From an uncultured virus (IMG/VR IMGVR_UViG_3300012954_000006) (lineage: Duplodnaviria; Heunggongvirae; Uroviricota; Caudoviricetes): a stretch of 64,000 nt of DNA. The notes under the pieces were generated by a model, which ran no database searches, had not been told where the DNA came from, and saw only the letters and a list, made by a program, of their open reading frames with translations. The stretch is taken from IMG/VR virus record IMGVR_UViG_3300012954_000006. One strand, given 5' to 3'. Made by a program: the position numbers and the translations under genes. Numbering within the stretch: the first letter of the stretch is position 1; each line of letters opens with the position of its first letter. Of the stretch, positions 30,102 to 40,603 are shown piece by piece.

Positions 30102-30599
30102 TTATTTAAGATTTAAGCGGTCAAATAATAGTTTCTTTAATGCCTGCACACTACCTTCTTCGTTTATGTCGCAAAACACTGTTATCATGCCAAAATGTCT
30201 TTTCATTATGGCATCTATCGCATCATCAGGCAAATCATCTATTCGTTTACCATTTAGTTCTTTCCAGTATTCCAATCCTTCTAAAGCAAACTTCTTTGTT
30301 AGAAAGTCATATATAGCCATCAGTTGATTACTGCCATTGATAGCTTGGTAGGAAGCATAATCTTGTTCATAAAAATAAACTGGTGGTATTGGTATGTTCA
30401 AAATCAAAGATTCGATAAGTCTTGATTTTTGAATATTATTCCAACGTGTTTGCGATTCAAACTCGGAATACAATATATGTTTCTTCTTACCTTTATATGT
30501 ACTGTCTAGTTTTTCAACAAATTCATGTAAATGGAAGTATCCTCGACACACAATGAGCCGATTTTTTCGATATTTTTTATAGAACTCTGTATCTGTCAT
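30102..30599 (-). CDS. DUF262 (ParB-like, GmrS/NsnA-type) domain protein with degenerate DGQQR motif
   Basis: W..QKSRLIESLILNIPIPPVYF then INGSNQL where IDGxQRL is expected. Confidence 0.8.
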   Translation of the reverse strand: MTDTEFYKKYRKNRLIVCRGYFHLHEFVEKLDSTYKGKKKHILYSEFESQTRWNNIQKSRLIESLILNIPIPPVYFYEQDYASYQAINGSNQLMAIYDFLTKKFALEGLEYWKELNGKRIDDLPDDAIDAIMKRHFGMITVFCDINEEGSVQALKKLLFDRLNLK

Positions 30600-30600
30600 T

Positions 30601-30807
30601 TTATTTTTTTGAGTTATTGAAATATTCCTTATTAGGTGAGTTAGGTATTTTGGCATTAGCTATCATTTCCAAATAACTTTCATATTGCCTTATAATATCT
30701 TCTAGCCTATCTAGTTCGCCTAATACTATTTTGGCTACGTTGTCATCGTTTAACATTTGAAGCAACTCACCTTTTTGTCTTAACGTTAGAAATACTGTCT
30801 TTTTCAT
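30601..30807 (-). CDS. Hypothetical protein
   Basis: 68-aa ORF. Confidence 0.5.
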   Translation of the reverse strand: MKKTVFLTLRQKGELLQMLNDDNVAKIVLGELDRLEDIIRQYESYLEMIANAKIPNSPNKEYFNNSKK

Positions 30808-30821
30808 AGTTATTACTTTTA

Positions 30822-31412
30822 TTAAATACTTACAATTGAAAACATCAGATACAATCGCTCATAAATTTCTTCCCACAAATCGTCACTATCTTGTATCATT
30901 TCTTTTGATAATAAAAAGTCATAAATCATATCTCGCAAATTATAAAAATCACTTATAAGCACTTCTTTTTGAAGTATTTTGTCAAAATAAAAGTACACCA
31001 AAATATTATTTAGCCTAAGTACATATATATCTTCTGGCAGTTCCCAATGTGACAAATGAGTTGGTTGGTTTGCATGAGTCATTAAAAGAACGTCCATTAA
31101 ATTAATATTAGCATCTAAAGGATATTGTGCTTTTTGTTCGTGAGTAGATAGGTTAGGTATGTTTATAGCATACACAGGTTTACTATCATGGCAAGCAATT
31201 TTAATGTTTTGGCGTTCTGCTTGATTAAAGTTTCTTGGTATATAGTGCAATGTATAAAGCAGACTATCTGCTATCTGACGTTTTGCACTCTCATCTTTTT
31301 CAATACATTTGTTGAAACTCATTAAATACTGACTAAAATCCCAATTAGATATATCAGTAATAGCTAATATACGGTTGATAATGTTTTGTTGTACGGCTTT
31401 GTATGAAACCAT
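30822..31412 (-). CDS. Hypothetical protein (start corrected to MVSYKA)
   Basis: Promoter box at 31440-31447. Confidence 0.65.
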   Translation of the reverse strand: MVSYKAVQQNIINRILAITDISNWDFSQYLMSFNKCIEKDESAKRQIADSLLYTLHYIPRNFNQAERQNIKIACHDSKPVYAINIPNLSTHEQKAQYPLDANINLMDVLLMTHANQPTHLSHWELPEDIYVLRLNNILVYFYFDKILQKEVLISDFYNLRDMIYDFLLSKEMIQDSDDLWEEIYERLYLMFSIVSI

Positions 31413-31439
31413 GTTTTTGTATTTTATTTTAACGATATA

Positions 31440-31501
31440 CAAAGATAATGTTTTTTTTGATTTTTTCACATTTTTTGATAGTTTTATTTTTCGTATCTTT
31501 G
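31440..31501. promoter_or_regulatory. Divergent promoter pair (TATCTTTG on both strands)
   Basis: Minus 31440-31447; plus 31494-31501. Confidence 0.75.
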
Positions 31502-31512
31502 CTAGAAAAACA

Positions 31513-32919
31513 ATGATAGGCAATACTTATGAAATTAAAAAGGTAGGTAGCAGGTATGTTTATCCTAGAATAAATCAACAAAACAGTATCATTACTTACT
31601 TGCTGTACTTTAAAGAAACGCCTAATACAGTTTATATAGGCATTAGTAAGTCTTTAATGATAAGAATTTCACAGCACATTTCAAGTGTTAAGAGAAATAT
31701 AAAGAAAAATAAAACGCTGTCCTCAAAAGAGGAATGGTTGCACACCAACCTACAAGAGGCTATACTTATAGTAAAGGTTTTGAATTTAAATATCAACATC
31801 GAAAAGGCTCGAAAGGATGAAAAGCAAAAAATAGAACAACATATTAAGAGAGGGTACGAATTGGTAAATGGTAATAATGGAGGAGCTTATTATGACCACG
31901 ATAAGCCTGTATGTCAATACAACAAAGACGGTATGTTTATTAATAAGTACCCATCAATATTATCAGCATCATTAGCAGTAAATATATCAGCAAGTGCTAT
32001 TTCAAAGGCCTGTAGTTGCCCTACTAGAATAAGTGCTAAGTATTATTGGCGGAGAAATTATTTTGAGCAAATAAATGTATCTAAAAAGATAAGTAAAGGA
32101 CAAGTAATAAGTGTCTATTCATTAAATGGCAAAAGAATACAAACATTTACTGATATTAATGCAATATCTAAATTTTTACAATGTCACAAGACAAATGTTT
32201 ACTCCGCTATTGCTAATAGGAATGCATGCAAAGGGTATTTGATTAATTATGGGACTCGAGACAATATTGCAGTAAGTACAAAGTTAAGACGAAGACGAGG
32301 AGGACGTATCGCTTCCTACGAACTTAATGGTAAGTTAAATAATATTTATCAAAACATAAAAGATGCTAGTGAATCTGTAAATGTTAGTTGTCATGCAATC
32401 AATCAAGCCATCAGAGGCTATCGAACGGCAGGCTCGTTACAATGGCGAAGGCATTTAAAAGAGGAGGATGTTGTAAGCAAAATACCTGCTATCAATACTT
32501 ATAAAACAATACCTGTATATTCTTACTGCAAAAAAGGCATTTTTGTTTGCAGTTATGAAAGTGTTAGTGGTGCTGCTACTGCTTCAAATACTTGCGTGAG
32601 TGCCATCAGCAGGGCTTTAGATAAAGGAAAATTAGCTGCTGGCTATCAATGGAGTAAACGAAAAAAGAATGCTATCAAACCATATAGCAGACGAAAGACT
32701 TACTTTGCTTATCATAAAGATGGTTGCTATATAATGTCTTTTGATAGTCCTAAAAGAATAAATGCTTTTTTTTCAAGGGAAAGAGCTATTAGCAGCGTTC
32801 GTAATGCTATAAAAACTAAAACAATGGCTTATGGCTTCCAATGGCGTTTATTTAAAACAGAGAATATTGAGCCTTACAAAAGAAAAGGCAGAAGTAATGC
32901 ACAGAAGGCTATAACTTAA
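31513..32919 (+). CDS. GIY-YIG homing endonuclease with multiple NUMOD1 repeats (start corrected)
   Basis: ITYLL..VYIGIS..RISQH..E; about five K.VxxYxxxG.FIxxYxSIxxA..I..A..AxGYxW repeats. Confidence 0.85.
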   Translation: MIGNTYEIKKVGSRYVYPRINQQNSIITYLLYFKETPNTVYIGISKSLMIRISQHISSVKRNIKKNKTLSSKEEWLHTNLQEAILIVKVLNLNINIEKARKDEKQKIEQHIKRGYELVNGNNGGAYYDHDKPVCQYNKDGMFINKYPSILSASLAVNISASAISKACSCPTRISAKYYWRRNYFEQINVSKKISKGQVISVYSLNGKRIQTFTDINAISKFLQCHKTNVYSAIANRNACKGYLINYGTRDNIAVSTKLRRRRGGRIASYELNGKLNNIYQNIKDASESVNVSCHAINQAIRGYRTAGSLQWRRHLKEEDVVSKIPAINTYKTIPVYSYCKKGIFVCSYESVSGAATASNTCVSAISRALDKGKLAAGYQWSKRKKNAIKPYSRRKTYFAYHKDGCYIMSFDSPKRINAFFSRERAISSVRNAIKTKTMAYGFQWRLFKTENIEPYKRKGRSNAQKAIT

Positions 32920-32935
32920 TTGTCATAGCCTTTTT
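32905..32935. terminator. Terminator between convergent genes
   Basis: AAGGCTAT..ATAGCCTTTTT. Confidence 0.55.
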
Positions 32936-32961
32936 CTGTTTTTGTTTTGAGTGAGTTAATA

Positions 32962-35190
32962 CTAGAACAAAGCCGCTTGTGCTTGCATTGCTACTGCATT
33001 GTTGCAGTTTTTGATAGCTGTTTCGTAATACTTATCTTTGAGTTCGATGCCGATACCTTTTCTGCCCAGCTTCACACTTTCATACACTTCACTTCCAATT
33101 CCTAGAAATGGCGTAAAAACAGTTTCGCCTACGTTGCTCCACATTTGCACACACTTTCTGATGACAGATAGCTGTAATGGTGCAATATGCTTTTCATCAC
33201 CTAATGCAGTACCTTCTCTATTATTTAGTACGTCTGTTCTTTTAATATCCATCCATGTCTGTTGCTTAAACCCTTTTAAGATATTATTGTAATGCTCTAC
33301 ATCTTTAGGCTCGACATTCCACACAGGACTTGCCCATCTTTGCCACGTCTCTAATGGGAAGTTGTCTGTATTTTTGTTGTTTACAGGTGTCCATGATTTC
33401 TCATCCCCTTCCCACTTTCTAAATACTGTACAATACTCTGGCAATCCTACTCCAGTATAGGTACTATCTTTTCTTAGTTGCTTATATAACAGCCTTTGCG
33501 TTTTTGTTCTTTGCATTTCAAGTATGGGGTCTGTCCAAATGTTGATTTTAGAATGGTACTTAAACCCTGCTTCCTGCACACTTCTTGAATGGTCTGCTGT
33601 AAAGTCATACAATCCAGAGTAGCCACTTGAATTTTTATATACTGCCAAATCCTTAGTGTGACAAACCATCAGCCTGCCAGGCCGTAGTATTCGATATAGC
33701 TCCTTTAAAAGAAATCCGTACTGCACAAAAAACTCCTCATGGCTATCATTATTCCCCATATCATGGATATAGTTAGAATAAGTAAATAGAGAACTAAACG
33801 GCGGAGAGTAAATTATCAAATCTACACTATTATCAGGCACTCTTTTTATCTCTATTGTAGAGTCGCCTTTCATCAAATGAAAATCCTTTGTTTTAAATTC
33901 AGCGAAATCATAACTATCTAACAAGCCAAATTTATCCCCATTGATAAACTTATTCATTTCTGACTGCATTTCATTAAATTGAGCTTGCTTACGCTCAATA
34001 GACCTTACTACATTTTCCATAGTATCTGTTGTTATTATGTGAATATTTACATCATTGATTTGCCCAAATCTGTATGAGCGTCTTATAGCTTGGTATAACC
34101 CTTCAAAAGAAAAGTCTAAAGCACAAAATATTTGATTGTAGCAATTTTGGTAATTGAGTCCAAATTGTGCTATCTTCTTTTTGGTAATTAATACTCTAAA
34201 TTCATTTTTTGCAAACCCTAGCAGTTTGGCTTTCTTGACATCTGCCTTTTCCGAACCTGTTACAACTTTAGCGTCTGGGATTAACTTTAAAAGTAGTTTT
34301 TCCTCTGCATTTTGATTAACCCATACGATATATTGCTTATCGTCTGAATTGGCAATATCAGCCGCTAATTGACACCTATCTACTAAGGTTCGCTTTAACT
34401 CCCTATTGAAAGATGTTGCATTGACATTCCCCTCATTGAATAGCAATCCATTATCTCTACGCTTGGTAATCACTTGATGCTCATGGTAAATTAATTGCGG
34501 TAACACATAAGCATCGCCACAATACCCTATATCACTTGGGTTAGAAACCATCATTGCCCATGAGCTAATCCAGCCGTAAAAATCACGTTTTGCATGACCT
34601 TTTAGCCTGTAATTATTCATGCCTTCGTCTCGCACAAACCATTTGGCTCTCATGTCTTGAGCATCTAAGACACCTAAAAACTCTGAATGATTACCTATTT
34701 CATTCAAGTCATTTGGACTTGGTGTAGCAGTACAGGCTAGTTTGTATTCCGTGTCAGCGAACAACTCAATGATGAGCCGCTTATATTTGCCTGTAAAATT
34801 CTTTAAAATAGAACTCTCATCTAAAACTACACCGCTATAAATGGATACATCTATATTGTGAAGTTGCTCATAATTGGTAATATCAACATTGGATATGTCA
34901 ATATTGAACTTGCAAGCCTCTATTATTGTTTGCTCAGTTACTGCCAGAGGTGCTAATATCAGGACTCTACCTTTCGTGTGTTTGGCTACTTGATTAGCCC
35001 ACTCTAGCTGCATAAATGTCTTTCCTAGTCCGCAATCCATGAATAGTGCAAATCTCCCTTTAGATAATGCAGTCTTTACAGCATGTTTTTGCCAGTCAAA
35101 CAGCAAGGGATTTAGTAGGGGGAGGGGTATATCAAATCCGCTATGGATGTGACGTTTTGTTTTAGTTTCTAAAAATTCATTATAATTCAT
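32962..35190 (-). CDS. SNF2-type helicase fused to N4/N6 DNA methyltransferase
   Basis: DCGLGKT, LDESSILK, TATPSPND, QAIRRSYRFGQ; then YSPPF and TPFLGIGSE. Confidence 0.9.
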   Translation of the reverse strand: MNYNEFLETKTKRHIHSGFDIPLPLLNPLLFDWQKHAVKTALSKGRFALFMDCGLGKTFMQLEWANQVAKHTKGRVLILAPLAVTEQTIIEACKFNIDISNVDITNYEQLHNIDVSIYSGVVLDESSILKNFTGKYKRLIIELFADTEYKLACTATPSPNDLNEIGNHSEFLGVLDAQDMRAKWFVRDEGMNNYRLKGHAKRDFYGWISSWAMMVSNPSDIGYCGDAYVLPQLIYHEHQVITKRRDNGLLFNEGNVNATSFNRELKRTLVDRCQLAADIANSDDKQYIVWVNQNAEEKLLLKLIPDAKVVTGSEKADVKKAKLLGFAKNEFRVLITKKKIAQFGLNYQNCYNQIFCALDFSFEGLYQAIRRSYRFGQINDVNIHIITTDTMENVVRSIERKQAQFNEMQSEMNKFINGDKFGLLDSYDFAEFKTKDFHLMKGDSTIEIKRVPDNSVDLIIYSPPFSSLFTYSNYIHDMGNNDSHEEFFVQYGFLLKELYRILRPGRLMVCHTKDLAVYKNSSGYSGLYDFTADHSRSVQEAGFKYHSKINIWTDPILEMQRTKTQRLLYKQLRKDSTYTGVGLPEYCTVFRKWEGDEKSWTPVNNKNTDNFPLETWQRWASPVWNVEPKDVEHYNNILKGFKQQTWMDIKRTDVLNNREGTALGDEKHIAPLQLSVIRKCVQMWSNVGETVFTPFLGIGSEVYESVKLGRKGIGIELKDKYYETAIKNCNNAVAMQAQAALF

Positions 35191-35336
35191 TAATTTTACG
35201 TTTTAGTTTAAATCTAAAATCAATACAATGTAGCACAAAGATAGTTTTATTTTTAAAGTTTGCATAATTTTAACAACTTTAATTTTAAACATATCTTACT
35301 TATACCTTTTTCTGTTTGTAGTACAATCATATTGCT

Positions 35337-35543
35337 TTAAATTCGGAATCCATAGTCTCTTCTCATTACATTGTTCCCAATAACGCTTGGGTACTTTTCT
35401 TTAAACTGTTTAAATGTCATTACATCTTCATTTATATTCAGAGGATGCTTAATATAGTAAATAGGCTTAAAATAGGCAACTCCCAATGGTTTACTATAAC
35501 TAACAATGCCTAACGTATCGTTAGCTGGCAAGTATTTTGTCAT
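35337..35543 (-). CDS. Hypothetical protein
   Basis: 68-aa ORF, ATGA overlap. Confidence 0.5.
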   Translation of the reverse strand: MTKYLPANDTLGIVSYSKPLGVAYFKPIYYIKHPLNINEDVMTFKQFKEKYPSVIGNNVMRRDYGFRI

Positions 35544-35845
35544 TTTCTTGAAAAACTTTTTTGATGTTGATAATTGTTATGTTCTATCAAGTGATGTATT
35601 TCAGCGTCTATAACTTTCATTTCTTCGGAAGTAATATTATTAGATTTGCAAAGTATGTGGCATATTCCATCTATAATATGTATAGCTTTGCGTCGAGGCA
35701 TATTACTGTGCTTCACAATATAACCATCTACTTGACGATTAATGTATTTTACCAATTCGTTTTTTGCAGTTTGGAACTCACTATAATCATCAGCCCATAC
35801 AATCTCCACAACTTTAGGAGTAAAAGCATTATATTTTCTTTTCAT
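35540..35845 (-). CDS. Hypothetical protein
   Basis: 101-aa ORF. Confidence 0.55.
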   Translation of the reverse strand: MKRKYNAFTPKVVEIVWADDYSEFQTAKNELVKYINRQVDGYIVKHSNMPRRKAIHIIDGICHILCKSNNITSEEMKVIDAEIHHLIEHNNYQHQKSFSRK

Positions 35846-35883
35846 TATATTTTTTTTAAATAATTTTTTAGTGATAAATACCC

Positions 35884-36008
35884 TTTTGGCATATACTCAA
35901 ATGCGATAAAACAACTTTGAAGTATATTGTCGTTAATATCTTTTGAAATAACAAAAATACTACGGAATCGTTCAATACCTGCAAATACGATATTTTACAA
36001 TCAACAAA
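35884..36008 (-). pseudogene. Decayed duplicate of 3' half of gene 36317-36667
   Basis: Shares TATATTGTCGTTAATATCTTT and TACCTGCAAATACGATATTTTAC with 36356-36480. Confidence 0.8.
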
Positions 36009-36055
36009 CTACAATTATTTGTTTTTTTAAAAAACTATTGAAATATCACTTTTAA

Positions 36056-36301
36056 CTAACTTAATTTAAATAGCTTGTCAATTTCCTTTTCCCATTCAAA
36101 GTCTTTTTCGCTATTGGTATATACTCTACTGTGACCGAATTTTATTTTTATTTGCATATAATAAAAATCGGGATTGACTTCAAGCTCTTTAGTAAACTCG
36201 CTGTCTAGGTATTCAATCACTTTTATATGATTAATGTCTAATCCATAATACCCTTGTAATAAATAATTTCCCCATTTAGTGTTGAAATCCCATACAGTCA
36301 T
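36056..36301 (-). CDS. Conserved small phage protein
   Basis: QIKIKFGHSRVY resembles the QxKEKFGxLRxY family. Confidence 0.65.
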   Translation of the reverse strand: MTVWDFNTKWGNYLLQGYYGLDINHIKVIEYLDSEFTKELEVNPDFYYMQIKIKFGHSRVYTNSEKDFEWEKEIDKLFKLS

Positions 36302-36316
36302 AAATGTATTTGTTTT

Positions 36317-36667
36317 TCATTTCTTTAAATAACTATTTTCTGATGGTAGGTAATATTTTGGCACATTCTCAAATGCAACAAAACGACTGCGAATTATATT
36401 GTCGTTAATATCTTTCGATACAACAAAAATACCTATGGCATCGTTCAGTACCTGCAAATACGATATTTTACCATCAACAAAGTGTTGCAGTATTTTTAAA
36501 TCAACAATACTATGTAAGTATGTTAGTATGTTTTCTTCTATATTATCTTCCGCTAAAGATACTATGATGTTTTGCCCTATTCTGTTTTTGCCACTCCATA
36601 AAACAGGCTGCTCATCAAAATGCAATACTTGTTTGTTTCTCGTAATGCTATATATTGGACTGTTCAT
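36317..36667 (-). CDS. Hypothetical protein (DUF6575-like)
   Basis: DxPxL..N..G..F..G.I..YLP.....L pattern. Confidence 0.55.
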   Translation of the reverse strand: MNSPIYSITRNKQVLHFDEQPVLWSGKNRIGQNIIVSLAEDNIEENILTYLHSIVDLKILQHFVDGKISYLQVLNDAIGIFVVSKDINDNIIRSRFVAFENVPKYYLPSENSYLKK

Positions 36668-36735
36668 TTGTTTTGTTTTTTAAAAATAACTATCTTTACT
36701 TACTGTTTTAGAGTTTAATAGTTAAAGCAATCTAT

Positions 36736-37314
36736 TTATTGGCAGTAAGGAAAAACATCATTGTCATAAAATTTCTGCATTGCATTAAAGCAAAATTCAA
36801 TATCTTTCTCTGATACAGGCTTAAAGTGCCAAGCATCAACACCCACATTTATTAAGTCCCTTTGGACTTTCCATAAAGAGTGTATATGACCTGTAATCCC
36901 CAACTTTGCATCTTTCATTAAATCAAGTGCCTTTGTTGGGTAGTGGTTTAGGTAGCACAATCCAAAGTTAAAATAATCAAGCATTTCATCATCCAAAACC
37001 TTATCAAAAAAACTATTAAGAATAGGCATCTTATCGATTGTGTCATAATTGCCTTTTATTAAAATCAACTCTGAATTTGGATAAGAGTTCCTTATGTCTT
37101 TAAGCACACTCCTACTACTGTTTGATAGGCTATAAATAACATCCCCTAAATGATAAAGGGTATCGCCGTCTTTAAATCCTGATTGCTTAAACTGTTTTAA
37201 AATTTCAAAATCTTGTTGAGCAATACTTTGAAACGGCCTATAAAATAAATTAGGTTTACCGTTTATTCCTATCCTGTCTTCCCCTAAGTGCCAATCTGAC
37301 GTAAAATATACCAT
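36736..37314 (-). CDS. Calcineurin-like metallophosphoesterase
   Basis: SDWHLG, HLGD, GNYD, NHYP, GHIH, NVGVDAW. Confidence 0.9.
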   Translation of the reverse strand: MVYFTSDWHLGEDRIGINGKPNLFYRPFQSIAQQDFEILKQFKQSGFKDGDTLYHLGDVIYSLSNSSRSVLKDIRNSYPNSELILIKGNYDTIDKMPILNSFFDKVLDDEMLDYFNFGLCYLNHYPTKALDLMKDAKLGITGHIHSLWKVQRDLINVGVDAWHFKPVSEKDIEFCFNAMQKFYDNDVFPYCQ

Positions 37315-37401
37315 ATTTTTTTAAAAGTTTAAAAGTAATCTTTTGATTTTACAGCAATTACACTACTGCATTCTTAATGCAAAGATAGTATTTTTTTTAA
37401 A

Positions 37402-39582
37402 TTAAGGCAAAACTCTAAAATTAACAGTCGTGAGTTCTTGCCCCCCCAAAATATAGTTTAAGTTTTCTATGTAGGCATACGCCATTTGCCCACACACTTG
37501 TGTTACTATTTTAGCACTACTCATTATCAAACTATAAATATCTGCATCACACAAATATACTTCACAACTCAATAGAAAACCACAGTCGATAATCTCAAAT
37601 TCTCGACACCAAAAGCGATTAATTAAACCTGTGCCATGCCTATCAGAAAAATCAAGGCTAAACCTATCTATATCATAAAAATAAGCATAACTATAACGTC
37701 CTAACCTAGTAACACCATCACCTAGCGTATAAGTATATACATAAGGTCTGTCGTGTATCAATATCCGAGGTGTTGTTTTGTCATTGGGTGCATCGCCTAT
37801 TTGTGCCACAGGAATCAATACACCACCATCTGCTGGAAACTCGCCCATAGGCGTAGCTGAAAAAATGCCACCACCATTAAAGTCTGTATCTTCATCTTTT
37901 AGGTTTGCATCTTGCAATTCATAGCATCCCCTGCCTAGCGTTATCTCATTTCCTCGCTCCTCCTCATATTCCTTAATAAAATCGTCACTATCATTATTAT
38001 ATCCTATACACAAAAAGCGAGTATAGCGATTGCTAATACGCTCTTCGGTGCAAGACTTGCAATCTATCTTGTCTCGCCAATCCTCCGCTTTTTTATAGAC
38101 ATTCCAATCGTCACCATAAAAATCTTTGCTGTGTATCATACACACTTCTTTATTGTCATTATCTGTCAAAAACAGAAAGCCATATTTTTTTTGTAAGAAA
38201 TCAATGGTGTCTATAACCTTTATATTTAGGCAGTTTAAATCTAAACTCACAGGATTACCTAAGCAAACGCCTTGTTCTCCGCTACTCTTATAGCCTACAT
38301 AGATACTTAGCTTAGGCGAAATATCATCATTATTAAAAGGGTCGTCTAAAGAACCATTATTATAAATATATAGTACATCTGGATTGGTGCTTAGATAAGA
38401 ATCTTCATTAAATATTTCGTATGTTTCGCCATCGAAAAAGAAAGACAAAAAGTTGTTGCTATTAGCGTCTGTCGCTCCGCTAAAATCAAAGACATATCCT
38501 GCTGTCAAGCACTCACAGTCTAGTTCTTTGGTAACAGTAATTCTTTCTGTTAAGTTTCTAATCTCCGTTACAGAAGTAGTCGTATTTGTGCCAAAGCCTT
38601 GCACGACTACTTGCATAGCAATAGTTAGGTTAATGAGTATCGTAACTTCATACTTCCCTTTCGTGATAGCACACAAGTTACCATCTCTTTGCATGGTATG
38701 AGAATAGTCACTAAAGGTAGTACCGTTGATATTCCATTGAGCTATACCATTTTCATCATCTGGTAGCAGTTGCACATTAGAGCCATTACCTAATATATTG
38801 CCATATATCACAGGTATCAAATCAGAAGGGTCTTGACTGCCATAGATTAAGTTATTCGTTCCTTCATTATTGTAAAAGTCAAAGAAAAAGGCTTCGTCTA
38901 ATGTTGTACCTGCTAATCCGACATTCTCGTGAAGGTCTGCTCCTACAATATTTTGACGTTCATCTAAAACCACGCCATTGAAAAAAGGAATAATCAAATC
39001 CCTTATCTCATTACTCAATGCGATGTCGCCTTTATACTTAAAAGTGTAACCAATAGCATCAAAAGCAGCGATAAGGTGCTGTTTGATAAAGTAGGCAGGT
39101 TTTAGTTCTAAACTGCCACCGTAGTTGATGGTAGGATAAGTATATAGTTCGCCTGTGTCGCCATTCCATGTTTGAGTTATTGATGTATGTATTGTTGTAT
39201 AATTATGTTTACCATAAGTTATTAAATCGCAAAATTCCTTATCTCCTAAGAGATTACGCCATGCCAACTCGTCTCCTATAACCTGAATATTCCTATCACA
39301 GTTTCTCGCACGTTTATTAACTTGTATCAGTCGCAATCCTTTCAATATCTCTAAGCCACTAGATTTGATGATAGTGGATATTTGGGAGCGTTCACACTTT
39401 TCTAGCGATTTCAATAACTCAAAGTTATTCGGAGTGTCACGCACACAGATAGGAAAGGTATAGTCACTAGATACGGCTGCTATATTGCTAAATATCTCGT
39501 TGGTTTTGATAATCTCAATTCGTTGGTCTTCACACAGGTCTAAGGATTCGCCGGATGGAAGTACACATACACATACGCTCAT
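37402..39582 (-). CDS. Cys-rich tail/baseplate-like structural protein, outside main virion operon
   Basis: LDL..I....F.NI....SDYTF....TPNN, YTYPTINYG, LKPAYFIK..AAF..IGY pattern of Bacteroidota phage tail proteins; own promoter 39611-39618. Confidence 0.65.
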   Translation of the reverse strand: MSVCVCVLPSGESLDLCEDQRIEIIKTNEIFSNIAAVSSDYTFPICVRDTPNNFELLKSLEKCERSQISTIIKSSGLEILKGLRLIQVNKRARNCDRNIQVIGDELAWRNLLGDKEFCDLITYGKHNYTTIHTSITQTWNGDTGELYTYPTINYGGSLELKPAYFIKQHLIAAFDAIGYTFKYKGDIALSNEIRDLIIPFFNGVVLDERQNIVGADLHENVGLAGTTLDEAFFFDFYNNEGTNNLIYGSQDPSDLIPVIYGNILGNGSNVQLLPDDENGIAQWNINGTTFSDYSHTMQRDGNLCAITKGKYEVTILINLTIAMQVVVQGFGTNTTTSVTEIRNLTERITVTKELDCECLTAGYVFDFSGATDANSNNFLSFFFDGETYEIFNEDSYLSTNPDVLYIYNNGSLDDPFNNDDISPKLSIYVGYKSSGEQGVCLGNPVSLDLNCLNIKVIDTIDFLQKKYGFLFLTDNDNKEVCMIHSKDFYGDDWNVYKKAEDWRDKIDCKSCTEERISNRYTRFLCIGYNNDSDDFIKEYEEERGNEITLGRGCYELQDANLKDEDTDFNGGGIFSATPMGEFPADGGVLIPVAQIGDAPNDKTTPRILIHDRPYVYTYTLGDGVTRLGRYSYAYFYDIDRFSLDFSDRHGTGLINRFWCREFEIIDCGFLLSCEVYLCDADIYSLIMSSAKIVTQVCGQMAYAYIENLNYILGGQELTTVNFRVLP

Positions 39583-39672
39583 AGTAAGTATTTTGTAATC
39601 AGTAGTCTTGCAAAAGTAGGCTTTTATAGTGAATTATGCAAAACCATTCGATGTTGCTTATGTCTATTTATT

Positions 39673-39718
39673 TCTGCGTTCCATTCATAGAACGCTTATT
39701 CTATAAATAGAACGCAGA
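39673..39718. repeat. Tandem TTCTA-N4-TAGAA element, copy 2
   Basis: TCTGCGTTC..CGCTTA..GAACGCAGA; outer arms changed in concert relative to copy 1. Confidence 0.8.
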
Positions 39719-39745
39719 GCTTTTAGTGCTGTTTTATAGCGTAAT

Positions 39746-39776
39746 TTTGAAATATGGATAATAAAACGTATATTTG
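39746..39776 (+). promoter_or_regulatory. Bacteroidota promoter driving plus-strand island
   Basis: TTTTGAAATATGG..AATAAAACGTATATTTG, duplicate of 24478-24508 cassette. Confidence 0.8.
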
Positions 39777-39811
39777 CATATCCTAAACTAAATAATACAA
39801 GTACACTTAAA

Positions 39812-40585
39812 ATGATTAAAAACATTTCTGAAACAATCAGCGAAATAATGCAACAAGTGTGCAGTATCAAACATAATATAGATATTTCTGTAAAGTCACA
39901 ACACGAAAAAGACCCTTTGATGCTTGGCTTTACCTTTGGAACAATATACTCTGCTGCCCATAGATGCGAAAAGAAGCTAACAGAGCTTAACAAGCTGTTA
40001 GGACAGCCAAAAACAATAAGAAAAGACGATGCCTTATAGCTGTGTAAAGACTATGGCATCAAAGAAGTTTGGTTTAACTATTTTGAATTGACCAACTTGC
40101 CAGAAGATGTGGTTTGGAATGTTATGCTTAACATTGAAAATGGCATAATCGGTGTGAGTACAGGTTTGATGGCATACACTCACTATCAAGGCAATTATTA
40201 TATCGGGTCTTACGAAGAAATCAATTCAAAACTTCCTGATTTGGTTGAAGTGATTTTAGCATTTGGACTACTAAATAATCTTACTGAACACAAGAGTTTT
40301 ATTACCTACCATTATGGAGTTGCAGGGCATCTTACTGTCGATAGTATGCTTAGAAAGAACTCTGGTAGCTTTAAAATAGAATATATTAAACGACCAAATA
40401 CAAATAAATTGGATTTTATTCATTCGATACAATCAGATTTACAATCAGGCAAGTGGCATTTTTTGAAAAACAATAAGTCACTTGGCAACATAATCAATCA
40501 ATTAACTAACTATCCTCATGTTGAAAATGACAAGACTGCTATGTCTTTGGCATTGATACACGAGTTTGTTAGTAATCATCAATAA
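39812..40585 (+). CDS. Helical N-domain plus inactive terminase nuclease-like domain, interrupted by in-frame TAG 40037-40039
   Basis: ORFs 39812-40039 and 40088-40585 share a frame (DAL*LCKDYGIKEVWFNYF). NK..I..LQSGK..IINQLTNYP..END mirrors TerL C-terminal DK..R..IESG..F..E..FPxxxHDD without the acidic residues. Confidence 0.6.
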
Positions 40586-40603
40586 TACAATAAAATACAC
40601 AAA

